This document shows positions 34,198-45,299 of a DNA stretch of 64,000 nucleotides, one piece after another. Origin of the DNA: Mayamaea pseudoterrestris (lineage: Eukaryota); the NCBI GenBank assembly GCA_027923505.1, contig BROI01000003.1, positions 992,001-1,056,000 on the forward strand. Reading direction: 5' to 3'. Under the pieces are notes generated by a model, which saw nothing but the letters and a program-made list of their open reading frames with translations, ran no database searches and had not been told where the DNA came from. Each line of letters starts with the position of its first letter. Within the stretch, counting starts at the first letter, position 1. The translations under genes were made by a program, and so were the position numbers.

Positions 34198-35403
34198 TTA
34201 GGGAAATAGACGAAGGCTTCCATCATAGAGGGAACGCCCAGATGCGAGCCGAGAATCGTCTCGGAGCAATCCTTCACTGGGACAGACAGAGTCAAACAGG
34301 CCACGACCGTAGATTTCCTTCTCGGCCCAAAAAGGAAGGTCGAATGAGCTGTTTTGTAGCCTTGGATGATAATAGGTGGTTGCCTTGCCGGCGTTACAAA
34401 TGCTGGCAAAGCGTTTTCGCATGAGCTCCTCCTGGTTTGGAAGGGGCGCCGACTTTTCGGCAACAATGCAACCAATCTGACCAGTTGGATACTGGAACAT
34501 GTGACGAAACCAGAGCAATGTGAGCATTTGGCAGTGCGCAACGCTCAGAGCGACAACAAACAGCAGTCAAAGCAAACGTACCGTGCTAATCATGATTGAA
34601 GCATAACGCGCCTCGACGAATCCTACGTGGAACGCCAAGTCTCGCCACTTTCCAATGGCCTCCAAGTCAGATGGAATTTGCAACGACTCTGCCTGAATGT
34701 TCAAGACGCCGTTCGGTTTTAGCTTTCGATACAAGTTGGCAAAGTGTTCGACAGAGTACAAGACGCTTGACGGCAAATCGACGCGTTCTCCAATCTCGTC
34801 GTGCGTCCAAGGATCACTGGAGTCTTGAATGATCACATCGTACGTTTGATCGGCAACTTGATCCAAAAAGGCTGCCCCGTCCTTGATGTGGAGCTTGACT
34901 CGTGGATCGTCCCACACGGCGCCCCATGGAAACATGAGTTTGCAAACTTGAATGACGTCTTCGTCAAGGTCGACGTGATCGACATGCACGACCGATTCAT
35001 GCTTTAGCACCTCTTGAACGACGTATCCGTCCCCACCTCCAATCACCAGGACGCGTTTGGGGTTTGGATGCTGCATGAGAGGAAGATGCGCCATCATTTC
35101 GTTGTAGGCATTGCCGTCTCGTTCCGTCAACTGCAGAACTCCATCGAGCACTAATATCCTTCCAAAGTGTGGGTTGTGATGAACTTCGATCAACTGATAA
35201 GGAGACTGCTTGCGAATTAGTGGCTTGCTATCCTTGATGCGCAATCCTTGGTAGAAGCCAGTCTCGGGGAAGTACTCCCCGATATTGTGGTGCCGACTTG
35301 CAGCTGCCTCATGGTCAGTTTGTGACGTTGCACTTGCCGTCAGACAAAAGAGGCCAATTACAAGACGCAGGATGGTGGCTGATTGGCATTTTCGCAGCAG
35401 CAT
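34198..35403 (-). CDS. Spermidine-synthase-family aminopropyltransferase with a signal peptide (exons 35403-34582, 34491-34198)
   Basis: SPYQ.I, GRILVLDG, QLTERD..AYNEMMAH, VLVIGGGDG, DVIIQDSSDP, spliced ISTYPTGQIG, YYHPRL..SSFDLP. Confidence 0.9.
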
Positions 35404-35848
35404 GATGATGCCAAAGTGCTGCTCGAGTAGTCGAGGTGTTGGCGCAAGTCCTCCTGTCGTTGAGAACGTTTCGAGATCCTAATATTTGAATGAAATTTGA
35501 GCTTCGAATCTCCGTTCCGCGCGCCGTGTGACGACGATGCGTTTCGTGCGCGAATGATGAGCACATTCTTGCTTATGGTGCGAAGCGTGACCAAACGCGT
35601 GTTCTCATATCATGGTGGATCTTGCACATCGGCGTGGCAGGAGTAATAACCCTCGTTTACCTGTTTTCTAGGCCTGTCGCACAGTGTTTAACCCTTCTTT
35701 ACCGGCTCGACGCAGGCCATTCGATAAAGTGACACAAACTCGCAAGCTCCACGAAATTTCGGCTTCGAAAGACAACAGCCACTGCTGCTTTTAGTCTTAC
35801 CGTAGCTTCACCTTTCGTACCAGCACAGATTCTATAGGCGTTTTTGTT

Positions 35849-36397
35849 ATGGGCAAAGCAAGCGTTGCCATTTCTGAGAAAGCAGGGCCGGTCAAGAGGA
35901 AGCGCGTTGTCGAAGTCGTCTCGGCCAGCTCGGCCTTTCCCATTTCAACCAAGCCGAAACGACAGTCAAGGCAATCATCGTTCGCAGCCGAGCGACTTGA
36001 AGAGCAGAAGCAGAAGGAAAAGAATTCAAAGTTCTTGGACTGGCATGATACTGTCAAGGAGGTGCGAAACTTTGGAGCGACTGCCTTTGTCGGCAAGCAA
36101 AAGCGCAACCATGAGGCGGAGGAATACAAGCGACTGACTGGTCGCGAGAAGAAGGGACAGCGAATTCCTTTGCCAATTGTGCGAGGCATTCAGAAAAAGG
36201 CGGCCCAGCGTGAGGCAAGGGTGCTTGAGGAAGCCAAGGCGGCGGGCATTGTCTTGCCTGCTGCAGCTGCGAGCAAGTCCAAGAAGGAAAAGGACAAGAA
36301 CAAAATAAATGAGGGGCATTCGTCACGACATGGACCAACCCCCTCGATTGGGCATGTCAATAAGGGAGTGTTAACTGTCAAGCGCAAGCCCATGTAA
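35849..36397 (+). CDS. Basic nucleolar-type protein (C1orf131/DUF4602-like, tentative)
   Basis: Lys/Arg-rich; EVRNFGATAF.GKQKR..E......LTG and the C-terminal IGHVNKGVL motif. Confidence 0.5.
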   Translation: MGKASVAISEKAGPVKRKRVVEVVSASSAFPISTKPKRQSRQSSFAAERLEEQKQKEKNSKFLDWHDTVKEVRNFGATAFVGKQKRNHEAEEYKRLTGREKKGQRIPLPIVRGIQKKAAQREARVLEEAKAAGIVLPAAAASKSKKEKDKNKINEGHSSRHGPTPSIGHVNKGVLTVKRKPM

Positions 36398-37160
36398 ATT
36401 GCATAATGGTCGGCCTGGCCGCGAAGCTACCGAGCAACCGAGGTACAGATGCTGCGGCGATACGCGATACCACACCGCCGTCTTTTCGGTTTGCCAAAGA
36501 AAAGAAAAAGAGAACTGACAGTCAGGCGTTACTCTACGAATCTCTGTGTGCTTTCGGTTCCGTTTGCACGCGTTTTAGTGAAGCGAAAAAAGCCGGAGCG
36601 GTCATGTGCATCGTTCCTCGTTTATGGGGTCGGCTGTATATGTAATGAAGTAATGATTGGTCACGAAAGATTTGCTTTAAAAGCAACCATCAATCGCATT
36701 GCCCTTACCTTTATCGTGAATTCGCTTTGCTTTCTCAAAGTGAGGGTCGCTCTGAACCATTTCGCTCCGATGCTGCAAACTGTTGCGATTTGGCCATTAT
36801 TGCCAAGAATTACATTAAGTACTTACTCGTAACGAGATCCACTCTTCACTTTGATGTAGTCCTTGCGCATGGTATGACAACTTTCGTCGTATGCTTGGTT
36901 CAATAGATTTATGTGCTGATCCATAAGTTGCCCTCTTATCAGTCTCTTGTTTAAAGTAGAACATGCCAAGCCAGTCTACACTGAACATTATAAAAGTAGC
37001 ACGCCTTACTTTCTTATTTATATAAAAGACAATTTAGTAATGTTAAAGCTCTCGATACCCTCTTCTCTCAAACACAACATATATAGATTGCCACTGGACG
37101 ACATCGTCCATCCAATCGTCAATTTCAATAAACTTGCAGTAAATACTCTCATGCCAAGCT

Positions 37161-37829
37161 TTACGCGCCCGACGTGTCGTGAGACGAGCGACAAAACTTG
37201 ATCGTCCAGTCGTCCGGGTCCTCGGCGGGTACAATAGTGCATTTCTTGCAATAAACGTTTCCTCCTTTGCAAAGAAACCAATCGCGCTGGAGGTGCTCGG
37301 GCGCTGGCTGCCACAATGGAATGAATGGTGTAGGCGCGTTTCGCGCGTGCGTGCCGCATAACTGGATTTCAAAAAAGGGAGGATAAACCTTGCATCCTTG
37401 ACAGTACGTCTTGCCGTCTTTATTCAAAACAAAGCCATTGATGTCGCGATGGAGCTTTTCGCCGGCTGGAAACTGAACTGCAACTTGGTGAGCATCAGCC
37501 TGTAGGTCCGGAGCACGAGGAAGCTCGCCGGGTTGCACGGCAGACGCGGATCCTTGCTGCGCTGGAAGCGCTACATTTTCCGCGGCCAATTTAAAAGCAT
37601 CTTGAGCATTTGCATTGGCCGTATGATGCGAAACCAGAGAATTAGTCGGACCAGCATTTCCAGCAGTGCGAAGCTGCTGCACTAACGTTGGACCATACGC
37701 ATCGATGACTCCACCAGGTTTGCCAACTTGAGCAGCCTTTCCAAATTGTGGAACGTGCGGAGCATGCAAACCAAACGCTGAATCATGCAGGCCGACCATT
37801 CCACCAGGTTGACCATGTTGAGCAGCCAC
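37161..37829 (-). CDS. Hypothetical protein with two CxxC motifs (possibly part of a larger degraded gene)
   Basis: 222-aa ATG ORF containing YCQGC and YCKKC. Confidence 0.35.
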   Translation of the reverse strand: MAAQHGQPGGMVGLHDSAFGLHAPHVPQFGKAAQVGKPGGVIDAYGPTLVQQLRTAGNAGPTNSLVSHHTANANAQDAFKLAAENVALPAQQGSASAVQPGELPRAPDLQADAHQVAVQFPAGEKLHRDINGFVLNKDGKTYCQGCKVYPPFFEIQLCGTHARNAPTPFIPLWQPAPEHLQRDWFLCKGGNVYCKKCTIVPAEDPDDWTIKFCRSSHDTSGA

Positions 37830-37868
37830 TCCGAAATGTTACACGTGCGGACCATGCCCACCATTCAA

Positions 37869-38495
37869 TTACCCGTGCGGGTCGATTATTCGAACAGGTT
37901 GACCACGACCATAATTAAACAGCCATTCCGTGATCGTGCGGACTGTCCAAACCAGATAGTTGATTACGCGAATCGACCATTCCAAAAAGATGCGACCAAA
38001 GAGTAGGCGCTGGATAAAATGGACTATACGGACCCGTGGTACTGCATGATTAGGACCAGCTTGGCTGGCTGCTTCAAGAGGAAGACCTCGAGGAGCAGCG
38101 GTTCCGAAACCTTGACCATCAGAACCATTAGCTTCCGCAACCAACGCTCGCACAAGCCTCCGCAGCTCCACTTTTGTCATTGGGAACATGTTCTCGGGGT
38201 CAGACTTGGGCGCCTTGACGACGTGCGAGATGGGCGTTCCCGTGCGCTCGCCAAAATCAAGTTGGCGAGAAAAGATGTCGGCGTCGGCATCGCTTGGAAA
38301 ATTCGTCGCGCCGCCATCACCTTGATCCTCCACGAAGTAGTCTTCCTTGTCTTCGTCGTCCTCCTCGGCGACTGGACTGGGAGCAGCCAAAGCTTTGGCA
38401 GCCTCAACAGCTTTCAATTCTTCAATGTATTCAAGCTGGGCTGGAGTCAGCGATTGAAGGTAGCGTCGGAGGCCCTTGGCCGAAGGTTTGTTAGA
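37869..38495 (-). CDS. Hypothetical ORF (acidic region plus a hydrophobic C-terminus), start unclear
   Basis: The frame is open upstream of the TTG start called by the track (GLRRYLQSLTPAQLEYIEELKA); no motif recognised. Confidence 0.3.
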   Translation of the reverse strand, partial: SNKPSAKGLRRYLQSLTPAQLEYIEELKAVEAAKALAAPSPVAEEDDEDKEDYFVEDQGDGGATNFPSDADADIFSRQLDFGERTGTPISHVVKAPKSDPENMFPMTKVELRRLVRALVAEANGSDGQGFGTAAPRGLPLEAASQAGPNHAVPRVRIVHFIQRLLFGRIFLEWSIRVINYLVWTVRTITEWLFNYGRGQPVRIIDPHG

Positions 38496-38519
38496 CTAAC
38501 AAGGCTTCGGCCAAGGGCC
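38471..38519. repeat. 49-bp near-perfect palindrome
   Basis: ggcccttggccgaag-gt-ttgttag-a-ctaacaa-gg-cttcggccaagggcc. Confidence 0.9.
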
Positions 38520-38727
38520 CTCGCATCCGTCGCCAGAAAGTGGAAGTCGCAGGCCACGCCAAGGGGTCGTCAAGGTGAAAACGAAAGAATCACGAGACGC
38601 GCAGCAAATGACACGATAATATCAGACGAACCTTTATTCCAGCGACTACAATGGACTACCGTAGGAGCGATCAACCTCTTCGTCCAGCGTAAAGCAAACA
38701 AACAAACTCAATTGCTAGAATAGTGCA

Positions 38728-39696
38728 TGTTACTCGCTACTCTACTCGTGCTCTTCGTCGTCCTCATTGGGTTCACGGTCGAGGTTCACGCCTCGATCGT
38801 CAGCGATTTCACTCATGTATGTGAGGATTCGGTCACAAGTGTGACTCAACCCTGCACAGGATTAAATGCATACAAAACACAGGTAGCTAACCGTCTTGTC
38901 ATGAGACACAGGTCAACTCAACTCAATAATATTGTGTCATCCCCCTTGATCTAGGCTTGTGACAACGATCGGTTTGCCGTATCACCCTTCCAGAAAAGAA
39001 TTGGAATGATCAATGGGCGGAACGTGGCATGCGGCAAGAACTTGGTAAGAACGTTGCTGAAGATGTGCTCAAAGTACAGAACATTGCTTGCAATGGCCTT
39101 GCAGACTCGATGGTAGGCGAGCGCATTGTGTCGCTTGGAAAGTGTGGAGTGCCGGATCGTTGACGACTTCTTGACACTTTCGTTGTCGCCAAACATCCAG
39201 GCTGGTCCACTCAAAGGAACTCCTAACATGCGTAAGGAGTATCGGAAATCCATAATCTGTTCCGTCGCGGTCTTGGCAATGACGAACTCGGATCCGTACG
39301 TTGCAGTCTCAACAGTATTCTGACGCTTGCAGAACCATTCAACGGGCGTCTGGTTCAGGAAATGCAGGACTCCCATAGCGGAACGTCCAGTAGTGTAATT
39401 ATGGTACGGGTTCGCGTCCATAAGGTAGTTAGTTGCACGGGCTTTCCCTTTGGGATTGGCATGTTCCACGGAAGCTCTTCACTTGAGTTGCCGTAGACCG
39501 ATTGCAACCAATCATACTTGGTAGGTTCCCCGTCATCGACAATCTTCATCCGGAAACGAACCGCCGCATCAGGGTACTCATCTAGGTAACCGCAGACTTG
39601 CTTGGCTCGGTCCAGGTGTACACGGCGCTTGGCGCAGCGGAATCGGCCAAGTGTCTTCACGGCACAATGAATGTCAAGTTGACATAGTGTCACTGC
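38728..39696 (-). mobile_element. Ty1/copia (CoDi-like) family A, 3' remnant: end of RT, RNase H, PPT and ~212-bp 3' LTR (38728-38939)
   Basis: NQTPVEWFCKRQNTVETATYGSEF, FGDNESV, KRHNALAYHRV; PPT AAGGGGGA directly before TGACACA; frameshifted. Confidence 0.85.
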
Positions 39697-42600
39697 TGAC
39701 TTAACACCGTTGACGATTTCGCAGTCAACATCTTACCTCCAAAGAGCTCCGATACAGGGTCCTTGGCCACGGTCTGTACAGCTCTTGATGGAGATGGCTC
39801 GTCGAATAGTCTTGCACTCGCCACTACACGAATACGACTGCACTCTCGTCGCAAACTTGTAGTTCTATATTGTGAGCTTATCGCTACATCGCTACATCGA
39901 CCACTCGGAAGATCATCCGATCAATCCATTTCTTTCAATCACATTACATCAGTCGTAATCTGTTGTTCCATTCATACAACGCATCCACATGACGGTTGCG
40001 CACTTTCTTCATTCACATGTCACATACAACAGCTGCGGACTCGACACAAGCTAATTAGAATTCAGGCTCTTGACTTCGCCGCTCTGCGACTTGTCACTCC
40101 CCTCGGGTACGCTGCTCGTCGTAGCCGCATTCTTGTCCTTCACAATTGCATACGATGTATCGCCTCGCCAAAATAAGACTGGCTTGAGCAATGGCATCGC
40201 ATCACAGTACGACAGGTACTTGGTAAGTACGTCCGCAATGTTCTCCTTTCCGTCAATCTTCACAAACTTGATAATCCCCGCAGCAACTGCCCAACGAACA
40301 CGATGGTACGCCAACGCATTGTGTCGCTTGGACAACGTCGAACTCGAGATTGTAGATTGCGTAATCACTGCTTGGTTGTCTCCGTACATCCAGGCAGACG
40401 TCTCCAATGGTACACCCATAGCCATGAGCGACGCACGTAGAGAAATGCTGATATCTGTTCCACTCTTTGCTACGCCGAATTTGGATCCGAAGGTCGCAGT
40501 TTCGACTGTAGCCTGGAGTTTGCAATGCCAGTCGACAGGCGTCTGGTTGACAAATGACAAAACTCCTTCCAATAACTTGCCCGTCACCATGCAATGCATG
40601 AGACACGCATCCTCGAAAGTTGATGTTCGCACAGTCACACCCTTTGGCGGTGGGTAGACGTCCAACATCTCATCAACTCCGTCCTTCCCGTAAACGCTGT
40701 GCTCCCAATCTTGTTCCTCCATGGTACCGAAGTGCTCCTCATTGGCTGGCCACTTCGTATGGAAACGGATTGCTGCGTCCGGTAACTCTCGTAAATATCC
40801 ACTGACTCGCTTCACCTGCTGCAGGTGTCGGAATCATGACAGACTCACAACTGCTACGGCAATGTCAAATCATCCCAAAGTAATCGCCCACTGAAGCGCT
40901 CCAACTAGAGACTGGTAAATCTTCTTCTCTCGGCCGTTCAGTAGTTCACTTTGGTCAAGTTTGGGATGGTCGTCTTTGTCGATTGGTGATGAATACTTAT
41001 TCAGTGGACCTTCAAACAAACGCTCGTACTGCGCCAAGAGTTTCGCAACGTAGGTCTTGGCCGACCAGTAAAGAGTTCCATCAGGATCGCGTCAAAAGTC
41101 ACCGCCGAGATGATACTCGGGATGTCCAACACCCTTGAGCTTAAACTTGTACTTCTCCTCTAGCATCTTGAAGAACGCTGCTGGATCGTCTGAAAATTCA
41201 ACAGATCGTCGACCCATACACAGAGGTAGTTGTAGCTGTCACCGGCGTCCTTGATCCACAAATCGGAATTGCAATAGGATGGCTTCCACCCTTCCGCAAG
41301 TAGGGTGTCGGCTAGGCATTCATGAAATCATGCTCCGCTCGTTCGCAATCCATACAAAGCCTTGATTGGCAGGATCTTGCTCCCCGTCGGTCATATTGTC
41401 ATCTTCCGGGTATTCCACCTTCTCCACTGAAGGGTTATCATCTTTGTCAGGAATGAAAGAATCATCGTCTCTGCTGTCAGCTTAGGTAATCTTCTTGATC
41501 ATTTCTGGCATAAGGATCTCGCCATTTAGACCAGGTACGGTATAGAGACGCGGCTCCCCTTCTTTCATGACTGGGGAAGCAGGTGCCAGTACGCGAAGGT
41601 TCAAAAATTTTGGGTCGTTTTGGGGTAAGCAAACCGATTGCTTCATGATCTCGTGTGTCTCGCAATCGCAGATGAAGTATGTCAGGTCATCTCCGCACGT
41701 CGTGTTGGGACCAAGCCAGTATGCCGCGCGTTGGCGGGTACCCGGGGCCTCGACATCCTTGACAAAGTAGTTGACAATTTCAAATTAACAAAAATGCAAA
41801 TACTTCGACACGTCGGGGACTTGCCCAGTGATAAACTCGATGGGAGACTTGCCGTCCAAGGCTGGATGCGACAAATGATGGTACATCTCAGTCTGAAAGA
41901 GTAAAGTGCATAGCCAGAAGCATGCCGGAGTGCCCGTTCGGTCCATAAGTCGTTCATGACTTTCCTTCACGTGCCCGATGATGCGCTCAGCTGGATTTTG
42001 ATTCTGATAGTACAGCTCCGATGTATGACGACGGCGAATCATGAACTCGCGCATTACTTCGTCAAACTTGGCACTCATCGCTTCTTTCGCATTATCCGAG
42101 AAGACTTCCAATGGAGCTCCAAACTCGCGGATGAAATCATGGATTTGTTTCGGTACGTCACCTTTCATCCGCATGGGATACACGACAATGATCTGACTGC
42201 GGCAACCATAGAATAGCTGCATGACTGTGCACCCTGCATGTCCATCGATATGATCATCCATGGCCGGTTCATTGAAGAACATGAAGTCATGGGCCCTCTT
42301 CGGGTTGCCGCTGGTGGTCATCTAGTGCATTGGGGGGGTATCGGCGCTGCGTGCATGTTCTCCCGGCTTGTCGGCGTCGTCGCGGCATGTTGATCAGGTG
42401 GTCGCAGTATCGTCGACTTGCGGGTTTCTTTGGCAGGATAGACTTGTAGGGCTGATAGACAAGATCCGCATTGTACTTCTGTACGACGGCACAAGTATTC
42501 AGCTCCTTCTCGGTGTAAACAGGTTGATTGTCGTGTCCGAGATTCGTATAAGCCACGTTGCTCTCACGATGGGTGCGATTCCGCGTACGCGACCGTGTCA

Positions 42601-45299
42601 CACGCGTGAAACCCTCTTCATTGTCACTGTCTTTGTCGTCTTCATTGCGTGACAACAAGTCCGGTACGTCATCGTTGTCATCCGCATCCGAACAGTCATA
42701 GTCGTTGTCCTCGGTCGGCTCAACGTCAAACTCATTTGGATCCCAAGGCCCATCGAAGGTCATCATGACGCGAGGTAAGGTGTGAAGCTCATGCGCCGAT
42801 ACTGGAAACATTGGCAAGGTTGCCATGCCACTTTCCATTCCGAGCATAAACTTGTATCCATCTGGCGTTTCGATTTGTAACTTGCCACCAAAGTTGTAAT
42901 GCTTGTCGTTGACGTGAAGTCCAAAGGCTTCCATCTGCATGCTCAAATGAATCGTCTTGCCGGTCCAGAATATGCGTAATTATGGAACTCGCCGACGACC
43001 CAACCCTTGGTGCTCTTAAGCTTGGCGACTGCTGTGACGGTAGACAGGTCTGAAAGTTTGAGACCACCGACTCCAGTGACTTCAATCTTGTGGAACTTGT
43101 CCTTGGTGAGGATGCGGCCATCCGCTCCCCATACTCTGCCACTCGCGCCGCGATTGACAGTCGACGCTGAATGCTTATCCAAATCAATGCTCACGACTTT
43201 GTACTTGCGACTCTGAGCGATATTTGCTCCCCGAGTCGTAGTCGTGGGCTGGTCTAGACCTAGGAAACTTTGCATTGCTGAGCCATGGCTGGTGTTGTTC
43301 ACACGCTCGGTCACCGCACTCGCCGTCATTGCTGCTGATGAAGTGGCTGCAACGTTCGCGTTGCGTTGTGTACTCGTCGTTTGCGTGGTGCCTGCCTGTG
43401 TTGCTGATGTCGAACCACCTGCAGCACTGGCCGCTCAACTCGTACCATGGTGTTCAAACACTTCATGTTGCTGATCGCGGGTAAGGAGTCGCCACGTGTT
43501 TGGTGAAATCATCGCATTCACATCACTCGGGACTTCAATCGTCTTTGTGTTGGCATAGCTGCGAACGTACGTACGAGTATCTCCCGACCGCGGCCGCCGC
43601 CGCCTCATCCCGTGCTCAAGCCGCCGCGACCACCGCCCCCCTGATTGGATTGCTGATTGTTGCTGCTACTTGGTGTAGACTGGGAATTGTTCACGCTTGC
43701 CTTCTTTGTCTTCTCCTTCTCTTTCTTGGTCTGCTCAGTTTGGTTCGCCTGGCGCTTCTCGGTCTCCTTGATGCCACGACGATTGTTGGATTGACATGCA
43801 AAGTCATTCAGGAGGTTCCAAAACTGGGTGTATGCCATTGGATTGCCGGTCTTGGACTCTTCCATCAGCGCCATGTTCACCGCCGCTGCCATATCCGCAT
43901 GGCGGAAAACTGCGCGCTCCAAAATCTGACGCTTCGTGCTCGCTGTAAGTAGCTCGGTTTCCTCTGCGTAGTCATTGTAGTTTTCTTCCTTGCTGGACCA
44001 CTGGATAAGCCAATTGACGAGAGACTTGGCGTAACCTGCGTCGAGGGTGACATTGCGCCATTTGTCCTCAGCCGAACGTAGATCCAACTTGCGCGCCATA
44101 CCATCCATAAATGTTGCTTCCAACTCTGCAATGCACGCTGAGGCGTTCGCGCTGTCGATGTGCTTACGGACAATGAGCTTGCTCTGCGGTGTCTTGCAGG
44201 TATACTCGAGCGCCGCTAAAAGCTTCGAACACTGATACTGATACTCGGCGAACTCGGGCTCGAGTGCAGCTGGTGCCTTGTACTCATCGTCCCAAAAGTA
44301 GCCAAGTCACTTGCTTCGCATGCGGTTCTTAAAGACCCGCCAGTACGAGCAAAACTTGCGATCGTTCTTGAGTTCTAGCATGGTCTTCAGATCCAACTTG
44401 ATGTCGTGTCGCTTCGTCGTGTTGTCGTTGCCTCTGATAACGCTGAAGTCTCCAAAACTGCGGTTGCCTGCGGTTGGTGACCCCGGTGCTACTGGTAGGT
44501 CTTGGCTCGTGATGTGGTCTTTCTCCAGGTCTTGCCATTGCGCAGTTGTCCGACGTTGCTTGTGAATCCAACTCATGAGCTTGCGCAATCGGCTTGTTCG
44601 TATCGTAGACCAATGGTACTTAATCTTAATGTTCGTCACGTCTTGTTCCGATAACTCGGCCATCGCCTCCGCAGTCGTGAGTTCTTTGTCTTCGAAGCAT
44701 GCTGCGGTAGGGTCAACTGGATCCCAAGTTCCGGTCGCTGCGAGCCACAGAATGTCGAAGACTTTACCAACGGCACACTTGTAGGTCGTTACATCAATCG
44801 TCGTCATGGTGGAGGTTGATCAGAGGAATTGGACTCGCTGCAGACGAATGTGTCACAATAGCTCCCTCGCTCGTTCTCACTCTAAAAGCACTGAAATGTT
44901 AATCTAACACCATTGACGATTTCACAGTCAACGTCTTACCTCCAAAAAGCTCCAATACAGGGTCCTTGGCCACGGTCTGTACAGCTCTTAATGGAAATGG
45001 CTCTTCGAATAGTCTTGCGCTCGCCACTACATGAATACGACTGCACTCTCGTCACAAACTTGTAGTTCTATATTGTGAGCTTATCGCTACAACGCTACAT
45101 CGACCACTCGGAAGATCATCCGATCAATCCGTTTCTTTCAATCACATTACATCAGTCGTAATCAGTCGTTCCATTCATACAACGCATCCACACAACGGTT
45201 GCGCACTTTCTTCATTCACATGTCACATACGACAGCTGTGGACTCAACACAAGCTAATTAGGGTTCGGGCTCTTGACTTCGCCACTCTGCGACTTGTCA
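39697..45299 (-). mobile_element. Ty1/copia family B copy 1: 5' LTR 44897-45299, gag-PR-IN-(deleted RT)-RH, 3' LTR 39697-40096; degenerate
   Basis: ~400-bp direct repeats starting TGACAAG; gag MTTIDVTT..., PR-like STVNRGASG, IN core FSDNAKE...QNPAERII, RNase H motifs; stops, frameshifts and deletions; no matching TSD. Confidence 0.9.

Noticed and set aside
38019..38723. 234-aa plus-strand ORF
   Set aside because: Composition looks like the antisense of the minus-strand acidic ORF; no motifs
44885..44905. tRNA-like fragment (aaagcactgaaatgtt) beside the 5' LTR
   Set aside because: Too short and no cloverleaf; no tRNA or rRNA gene could be supported anywhere in the window
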